Source of the DNA: an uncultured Pelagibacteraceae bacterium
GTDB taxonomy: Bacteria; Pseudomonadota; Alphaproteobacteria; Pelagibacterales; Pelagibacteraceae
Length of the DNA stretch: 64,000 bases
NCBI GenBank assembly: GCA_902589395.1
Contig: CACIST010000003.1
Location: 13,728-77,727, forward strand
Direction: 5' to 3'
Shown here: piece by piece, positions 57,844 to 64,000 of the stretch
Layout of the letters: the number at the start of each line of letters is the position of its first letter
Numbering within the stretch: position 1 is the stretch's first letter
The notes under the pieces: generated by a model
What the model saw: the letters and a program-made list of their open reading frames with translations, nothing else
Databases searched by the model: none
Told to the model about the DNA's origin: nothing
Translations under genes and position numbers: made by a program

Positions 57844-58617
57844 ATGATCAATGCAACAGATTCTAAAGGTACATTCTATAAACTAAATCAAAAAAAAGGA
57901 ATTCCAATAGTGTTTATTCATGGTGTGGGTCTTGATCATAATATATGGGATCTACAAATTAATGAATTTGATAACACAGTTTTAATTTATGATATCCTTG
58001 GACACGGTAGAACACCTTTAAATAAAGAAAAAATAAGTTTTGATGATTTTTCAGATCAAATTATTGATCTTATTGATGAATTAAAATTTGATAAAATTCA
58101 CCTTATTGGATTTTCAATAGGCTCTTTGATTGCAAGAAACTTTGCAACGAGATTTAATGATAGATTGAAATCCCTAACATTGTTGTGCTCAATATTTAAT
58201 AGATCTGATAATGAACAGAAAATAGTAAATGAAAGGTTTGAACAGACAAAAAAAGATAAAAAACTGACAAAAGACGCACTCAATAGATGGTTTAATAAGG
58301 ATTTTATTGAGAAAAATCCTCTAATTTCAGATAAAATTTTCTCAATTCTTAACAATAATAATATGGACAACTTTATTAAAGTTTACTCGTTGTTTGTAAA
58401 TCACAAAGATAACGAAAAATTTGAAAATATTAATGTCAAAACACTTGTGATGACTGGAGAAGGTGATGTAGGCTCAACTCCAGAAATGTCTAATAATCTA
58501 AGTAAAAAAATTAAAAACTCTGAGGTAAAAATAATACCTGTAGGCAAACATCTATGTAGTATTGAATGCTCTTATGATGTAAATAAAGCAATTAAAGATC
58601 ATATACAAAATGCCTGA
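57844..58617 (+). CDS. Alpha/beta hydrolase (TgnD-like)
   Basis: IHGVGL, YD..GHG, GFSIG nucleophile, S.F.R, NRWF, TGEGD.GSTPEM, KHL. Confidence 0.87.
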   Translation: MINATDSKGTFYKLNQKKGIPIVFIHGVGLDHNIWDLQINEFDNTVLIYDILGHGRTPLNKEKISFDDFSDQIIDLIDELKFDKIHLIGFSIGSLIARNFATRFNDRLKSLTLLCSIFNRSDNEQKIVNERFEQTKKDKKLTKDALNRWFNKDFIEKNPLISDKIFSILNNNNMDNFIKVYSLFVNHKDNEKFENINVKTLVMTGEGDVGSTPEMSNNLSKKIKNSEVKIIPVGKHLCSIECSYDVNKAIKDHIQNA

Positions 58618-60091
58618 ATTAAAAAAATATAAAATGTTTATAGGGGGACAATGGGTTGACTCTGATACTAAAAAAACTTTTGAAACTTTAAATCCGGAGG
58701 ATAATAAACCATGGGCTATTGTTCCTGAGGCAAGTGCTTCTGATGTAGATAAAGCAGTTCAAGCAGCTCAAAAAGCCTTTGAAGGAGATTGGCCTAAAAT
58801 ATTACCGCGTGAAAGAGCAAAGTTTCTAAGAGCTATTGGAAATAAGCTTAGAGATAACGCAGGATTACTTGGAAAAATTGAAACTATAGATACTGGAAAA
58901 CTTTATAGAGAAACAAATAAACAGGCAAATTATATTGCTGAGTACTATGATTATTATGCTGGAATGGCAGACAAGGTCGAGGGCACAGTTCTGCCAATAG
59001 ATAAACCAAATATTCAAGCTATAACTTCAAGAATACCTATTGGTGTTATTGCTGCGATTGTTCCATGGAATTCTCAAATGTTTTTAACAGCTACAAAACT
59101 TGCCCCTGCTTTAGCAATGGGAAACACTGTGGTTATTAAATCCTCTGAACTTGCTCCAGCAGTAATGTTTGAATTTGCAAAACTGATTGAAGAAACTGGT
59201 ATTCCTAAAGGAGTAGTTAATGTTATTACAGGATTTGGAGAACCATGTGGAAAGGCTTTAACTACACATAATTTAGTTGAAAAAGTTGCCTTTACAGGAG
59301 GACCTGAAACTGCAAGACATATTATTAGAAATTCAGCAGAAAATTTATCAGAAGTAAGCTTAGAACTTGGGGGTAAAAGTCCCGTTGCTGTATTTAATGA
59401 TGCTCATCAAGAAAATGCTATTAATGGAATTACTGCAGGAATATTTGGTGCTAGCGGACAGAGTTGTATTGCTGGTTCAAGGTTATATCTACAAAAAGGA
59501 ATTTACGATGAGTTCCTTGATAAACTCACAAAAAGAGCTGAAAAAATAAAAATTGGTGCTCCCATGGATCCAGATACAGAAATGGGACCTTTGAGTAATT
59601 ATAAACAGCTAGAAATTATTGAAAAAAACATAAAAAAAACCACAGAACAAGGTGGAAAAATAATATGTGGTGGTAAAAGACATCCATTTTCAAATGAGGG
59701 ATACTACTTTCCACCCACAATAATTGAATGTGATAATCACAATCTTCCAACCGCAGAAAATGAGCTTTTTGGACCAGTTTTATCAGTTATGAAATTTGAT
59801 ACAGAAAATGAGGTAATAGAGAAAATGAACGATAATCAATATGGATTATCTTCAGGAGTTTATACTAGTGACTTCTCTAGAGGTCTAAGAGTTTCTAATG
59901 CAATTAGAGCAGGTATAACGTTTGTAAATACTTATCGATTGATTTCTCCTTCAGCACCTTTTGGTGGAATTAAAGATAGTGGATATGGAAAGGAAGCGGG
60001 AATGGACTCAATAAAGGATTATACTAGAGTTAAGACAACTTGGTATTACACATCTGATGAACCAACTTTAGATCCTTTCTCTATAAGATAA
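58610..60091 (+). CDS. Aldehyde dehydrogenase (TgnC-like)
   Basis: ET.DTGK..RET, YYAG.ADK.EG..LPIDK, VPWNSQ, AFTGGPETARHIIRNSAENL, GQSCIAG. Confidence 0.92.
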   Translation: MPELKKYKMFIGGQWVDSDTKKTFETLNPEDNKPWAIVPEASASDVDKAVQAAQKAFEGDWPKILPRERAKFLRAIGNKLRDNAGLLGKIETIDTGKLYRETNKQANYIAEYYDYYAGMADKVEGTVLPIDKPNIQAITSRIPIGVIAAIVPWNSQMFLTATKLAPALAMGNTVVIKSSELAPAVMFEFAKLIEETGIPKGVVNVITGFGEPCGKALTTHNLVEKVAFTGGPETARHIIRNSAENLSEVSLELGGKSPVAVFNDAHQENAINGITAGIFGASGQSCIAGSRLYLQKGIYDEFLDKLTKRAEKIKIGAPMDPDTEMGPLSNYKQLEIIEKNIKKTTEQGGKIICGGKRHPFSNEGYYFPPTIIECDNHNLPTAENELFGPVLSVMKFDTENEVIEKMNDNQYGLSSGVYTSDFSRGLRVSNAIRAGITFVNTYRLISPSAPFGGIKDSGYGKEAGMDSIKDYTRVKTTWYYTSDEPTLDPFSIR

Positions 60092-60094
60092 TTT

Positions 60095-60952
60095 TTGTCT
60101 GCAAAACATACTTTACTAATTTTATTTGTCGTATTTTTATTAGGAAGTGCTTATCCAACTGGCAAGCTTGGATTAAACGACACTATTCCACCAATTCTTT
60201 TTGGCTCATTAAGAATGGCTGTTGTTTTTATTTGTTTAATTCCATTTTTTAAAATTCAAATAATAGATAAAAAATATATTGTTCCTTTAATTGGTTTTTC
60301 ATTATGTTTTGGTGTTGCAGTAAATATGTTTTTATATTTGTCAATAAATGCATCAAGTATACTTGCACCAATTACAATAGGGGCTCAACTTTCAATTCCC
60401 TTTGGGATTATATTAAGCTCAATATTTTTAAATGAAAAAATAAGTTATAAAAAATGGATTTTAATTATGATATCTTTTTTTGGTATTGTAATACTTGCAT
60501 TTGATCCAAAAGTAGTTGAGGAAATAATAGGATCACTTCTTATTTGTGGTATGGCTTTTTTCTACGGACTATCCCAAGTATTTTCGAGATATTTAAAAAA
60601 ATTAGATGTTAAATTTACAAATACTATAATGAGCTTTACAGGGTTTGTAATTTTAATAATATTATCTGCAATATTTGAGGGTAATACTTTCCAAACAATA
60701 AAAAATATCAGTTTAGGGAGTTGGTTTACAGTTATATATGCCGGAGCAATTATTTCTTTACTAGGACACTTAATGATGTTCTATCTTTATAAATTTTATC
60801 CTCTAGATATGGTATTACCATTCTATGCTTTATTTCCTGTATTTGGTTTAATCCTCACTTTTTTTATTTTTGGAGAGATTCCATCTTCAATAACTGTAAT
60901 AGGAGGAATAATTGTCATAACTTCTGTGTTTTTTGCTCAAAAAATGAGATAA
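60095..60952 (+). CDS. DMT/EamA family transporter
   Basis: About 10 TM; PPILF...R, QLSIPF, FLNEKI, FGEIP. Confidence 0.87.
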   Translation: MSAKHTLLILFVVFLLGSAYPTGKLGLNDTIPPILFGSLRMAVVFICLIPFFKIQIIDKKYIVPLIGFSLCFGVAVNMFLYLSINASSILAPITIGAQLSIPFGIILSSIFLNEKISYKKWILIMISFFGIVILAFDPKVVEEIIGSLLICGMAFFYGLSQVFSRYLKKLDVKFTNTIMSFTGFVILIILSAIFEGNTFQTIKNISLGSWFTVIYAGAIISLLGHLMMFYLYKFYPLDMVLPFYALFPVFGLILTFFIFGEIPSSITVIGGIIVITSVFFAQKMR

Positions 60953-61023
60953 TTTTTCATTGAAAATAAAAACCAATAGGATTTACTAACATATATATAA
61001 ATCAAATAATTAACGAGGAAAGA

Positions 61024-62259
61024 ATGGCTGAAACAAAAAATAAAAATATAGGAATAATGATTGCTATCGCAATTATTGTGATTGCAGCAATAGTTTATTT
61101 TACTCAACAAAAACCTACAGATAAGGTTGTTGAAAAAGAAGAAATTAAAATGGGGATTATATTAGGTTTTACTGGACCAATTGAGTCTTTAACTCCTGCA
61201 ATGGCAGCATCAGCTGAACTTGCATTTAAAGAAGCATCAGATTCAGGGTCATTACTAGGTGGATCTACTATTAAAGCTGAAAGAGCAGATTCTACATGTG
61301 TAGACTCAGCTGCAGCAACAGCAGCTGCTGAAGGTTTGGTCTCAGGAGGAGTTGTGGCTATTATGGGTGCAGATTGCTCAGGTGTGACAGGGGCAATTGC
61401 AACTAATGTTGCTGTTCCAAATGGTATAGTCATGATATCACCATCTGCAACATCACCTGGTCTTACTGACCTTAAAGATAATGGACTTTTCTTCAGAACT
61501 GCACCATCTGATGCAAGAGGCGGTCAAGTATTAGCTGATATAACTAAAGATAGAGGAGTAAAAAGTATAGCGGTAACTCACACAAATAATGACTATGGAA
61601 AAGGTTTGGCTGATGTTTATGTGTCTGCAGTAAAATCACATGGTATAAATGTTACTACAGTTACTGCACACGAAGAAGGTAAAGCTGACTACGGAGCAGA
61701 AGTTGCAACTTTAGCAGCTGCTGGTGGAGATGCTTTGGCTGTGCTTGGATACTTAGATCAAGCAGGTGGATCAATCATTGGTGGATCAATAGACTCTGGT
61801 GCTTTTGATGTATTTGTTCTTTCAGATGGTATGATCGGTGACTCTTTAACTGACAGATTTGGAAATGATCTTAATAAATCATTTGGATCTTTGCCAGGAT
61901 CAATGGGTAAAGGTGCTTCAATATTTAAAAATGTTGCTAGCACGGCAGGAATTGATTCATCAGGACCTTACACTTCAGAATCTTATGATGCAGCAGCTTT
62001 AATTGTATTGGCAATGCAAGCCGGTGGTAAAGCTGATAAGGCTACTGTTCAAGCAAATGTAATGTCTGTAGCAAATGCTCCAGGAGAAAAAATATATCCA
62101 GGAGAATTAAAAAAAGCATTAGACTTACTTGCTAGTGGTAAAGCAGTAAACTACGAGGGAGCATCTAGTGTTGAATTTACTGATGTTGGCGAAGCATCTG
62201 GTGCCTTTATTGAAAAAGAAATTAAAGGTGGAAAGTTCAAAGATAAAAAACAAAGATAA
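61024..62259 (+). CDS. Branched-chain amino acid ABC substrate-binding protein (LivJ/K family)
   Basis: N-terminal membrane anchor, GFTGPIES, GADCSG, ISPSATSP, FFRTAPSD, NNDYGKG, ESYDAA. Confidence 0.93.
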   Translation: MAETKNKNIGIMIAIAIIVIAAIVYFTQQKPTDKVVEKEEIKMGIILGFTGPIESLTPAMAASAELAFKEASDSGSLLGGSTIKAERADSTCVDSAAATAAAEGLVSGGVVAIMGADCSGVTGAIATNVAVPNGIVMISPSATSPGLTDLKDNGLFFRTAPSDARGGQVLADITKDRGVKSIAVTHTNNDYGKGLADVYVSAVKSHGINVTTVTAHEEGKADYGAEVATLAAAGGDALAVLGYLDQAGGSIIGGSIDSGAFDVFVLSDGMIGDSLTDRFGNDLNKSFGSLPGSMGKGASIFKNVASTAGIDSSGPYTSESYDAAALIVLAMQAGGKADKATVQANVMSVANAPGEKIYPGELKKALDLLASGKAVNYEGASSVEFTDVGEASGAFIEKEIKGGKFKDKKQR

Positions 62260-62272
62260 AATTTGTTAAATT

Positions 62273-62309
62273 AAACCTCAGTGGCTAAATCTGGCTGCTG
62301 AGGTTTTTT
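62273..62309 (+). terminator. Intrinsic terminator between the convergent SBP and LysE genes
   Basis: aaacctcagtggcta-aatc-tggctgctgaggttt, with the T run continuing; G-U pairs favour the + strand. Confidence 0.8.
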
Positions 62310-62916
62310 ATTTTATAATATTCAAAAAAACATATATCGATAGCAAAGACATAAATAATATTATAGAATAATTAATTATTATCCATAGCTTTTCACTACC
62401 TACATGACTTGATAAGTATTTAGAAAAGTATCCTAAACTAAAAAAAAAGAGGATTGATGATAATGATGCTCCTATTCCAAATAAGTATTTCTGACCTAAT
62501 AAAAAATTTTTTGAAAAATTCCCTAAAAAAAATACTGTATCTGAATAAACATGTGGATTAAGGTAGGTAAAACCTAATGTTTTAAAAACTATATTGACTA
62601 AATTTTCCTTATTTTGAGTTTGATTAATTGAAATTTTTTTTTTTATTAATTTAACTTTTTTCCAAATGAAATTGATTAAGAATAAAAGTAATAAAATATT
62701 GAGAATTAATTCAATTAATTGTGAGAAAAAATTTTCAAAATACTGAAATAAAAATATTCCTAAAAAAATTAAGAGAAAATCAGATAATGCACAAATTAAA
62801 CAAACTATAAATACAAATTGTTTTTTAAGACCTTGTTCAATAACAAAAATATTTTGAGCTCCTAAAGCTAAGATCAAACTTAATCCAGTTAAAAAACCTA
62901 AAATTAAAAAGCTCAC
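62308..62916 (-). CDS. LysE/ArgO family amino acid exporter
   Basis: SLILALGAQNIFVIEQG, C.LSD, TYLNPHVYSDT. Confidence 0.92.
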   Translation of the reverse strand: MSFLILGFLTGLSLILALGAQNIFVIEQGLKKQFVFIVCLICALSDFLLIFLGIFLFQYFENFFSQLIELILNILLLLFLINFIWKKVKLIKKKISINQTQNKENLVNIVFKTLGFTYLNPHVYSDTVFFLGNFSKNFLLGQKYLFGIGASLSSILFFFSLGYFSKYLSSHVGSEKLWIIINYSIILFMSLLSIYVFLNIIK

Positions 62917-62924
62917 TTAAAAAA

Positions 62925-64000
62925 TTACTGTTTAATAATCTTTTCAGGAATTAATCCCTGAGGTCTAAATCTCATTATCAAAAGTAACCCTATTCCAACT
63001 AATAAAAACCTAAAATAAGGCGCGCTGTTGATCAGGTGAACTTTAATTTCATTCGTTTCTGGTAAATGAGCTGTAAATAAGTTGATAAAGAAAAGAGCAA
63101 TTGGTGCTGCTTCTACCCATAAAAACCATACAACAAATCCACCAAGAATTGCTCCAAAGTTGTTACCTGTTCCTCCAACAATAACCATTACCCAAATAAC
63201 AAAAGTATATCTCATCGGTCTATAGCTTCCTGGAGTAAACAAACCATCATTTGTTACCATCATTGCTCCCGCTATACCAACAATTGCTGAGCCAAGAATG
63301 AAAATGAATAAATGTTGTTTTACAACATTCTTTCCCATAGCACTTGCTGCTTCTTCATTATCTCTTATTGCACGCATCATTCTACCCCATGGAGAATAAA
63401 GAGCTTTTTGAGTTATGATTAACAAGATAATTACAACTGTTAAAAATAAGCCAGCAAAGCATAGTTTAACATAAACTGAAGATGCGTCTATTACTAGTTG
63501 GTTTAACAAATCCTGTCTTTCAGACAATGAACTTGCCAATTCTAATTTCTTTGAATGAAATTTTTCAACTAAATTAATAAACCAAGCTGAAGTTTGTAAA
63601 TCTATTTCGTAAGGTGCTGGTCTTTTTAATCCAATAACATTTTTTACACCTCTTGCTAACCAATCTTCATGTTTAATTATTGATACAACAATTTCAGCAA
63701 TTAATAGTGTGGCTATCGCTAAATAGTCTGCTCTTAATCCTAGAGCAACTTTACCAACAATAAATGCTAAACCAGCTGCAAATAATCCCCCAACGATCCA
63801 TGAAAATAAAACTGGCATTCCAAGCCCACCAAGAAAACCTGTTTTTGCTGGATCTACTGCCTCTATTTGTTCTATAGCAGGTCCTGAAATAATTTTAATT
63901 AATATTAATCCAATTATAATAACACCAGCTACAATATAATTTCTTTTATTTGATTTTTGGATATTTTTTAAAATATATCTTATTGATAGAATCATTAAGA
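62925..64000 (-). CDS. livM: Branched-chain amino acid ABC permease LivM, 5'-truncated by window edge
   Basis: LGLRADYLAIATL, SPWGRMMRAIRDNEEAA.AMGKN, WVMVIVGGTGNN.GA, RFRPQGLIPE; frame stays open to the window end. Confidence 0.9.
   Translation of the reverse strand, partial: LMILSIRYILKNIQKSNKRNYIVAGVIIIGLILIKIISGPAIEQIEAVDPAKTGFLGGLGMPVLFSWIVGGLFAAGLAFIVGKVALGLRADYLAIATLLIAEIVVSIIKHEDWLARGVKNVIGLKRPAPYEIDLQTSAWFINLVEKFHSKKLELASSLSERQDLLNQLVIDASSVYVKLCFAGLFLTVVIILLIITQKALYSPWGRMMRAIRDNEEAASAMGKNVVKQHLFIFILGSAIVGIAGAMMVTNDGLFTPGSYRPMRYTFVIWVMVIVGGTGNNFGAILGGFVVWFLWVEAAPIALFFINLFTAHLPETNEIKVHLINSAPYFRFLLVGIGLLLIMRFRPQGLIPEKIIKQ

Noticed and set aside
4651-61943. Many 60-110 aa ORFs nested in or antisense to long genes (e.g. 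4651, 8969, 10211, 15544, 29217, 42959, 50247, 61104)
   Set aside because: They overlap well-supported genes, have no motifs, and show the composition typical of reverse-frame translations
1-64000. CRISPR array, prophage, IS/integrase, tRNA/rRNA, defence systems, frameshifted pseudogenes
   Set aside because: No regularly spaced repeats or relevant motifs were seen; nearly all sequence is covered by intact metabolic ORFs of expected length

Overview
Very AT-rich, gene-dense bacterial DNA with minimal intergenic spacing and many abutting or overlapping genes. Composition, streamlining and gene content point to a marine SAR11/Pelagibacterales-type alphaproteobacterium (inference). About 58 genes, almost all for uptake and breakdown of small organic solutes. 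There are five ABC systems (sugar-type, peptide/nickel-type, PotABCD-type, ProVWX-type, Liv-type), BioY, five DMT/EamA transporters and LysE. Enzymes include two THF-dependent aminomethyltransferases (one DmdA-like), EutA/EutD-like ectoine genes, two atypical homocysteine S-methyltransferases, a gamma-butyrobetaine dioxygenase and a carnitine dehydrogenase/cleavage enzyme/thioesterase set. There is also a choline-dehydrogenase-like GMC enzyme, four Fe(II)/2OG oxygenases in total, two luciferase-like monooxygenases, two TPP enzymes and a scattered set of trigonelline-pathway-like (Tgn) genes. I saw no transcription factor, tRNA, rRNA, CRISPR, integrase or transposase. The most interesting signals are: (i) a candidate pyridinium-betaine ring-cleavage system (TgnB/C/D/F-like) interleaved with an Xsc-like TPP enzyme and a second monooxygenase that sits under a structured RNA leader; (ii) a demethylase/alpha-hydroxy-acid oxidase/TPP enzyme/non-canonical transthyretin-like/DmdA-variant operon; and (iii) a possible trimethyllysine-to-carnitine-to-betaine funnel. 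All family calls come from reading motifs and from recalled sequences, not from database searches. Substrate assignments are hypotheses.
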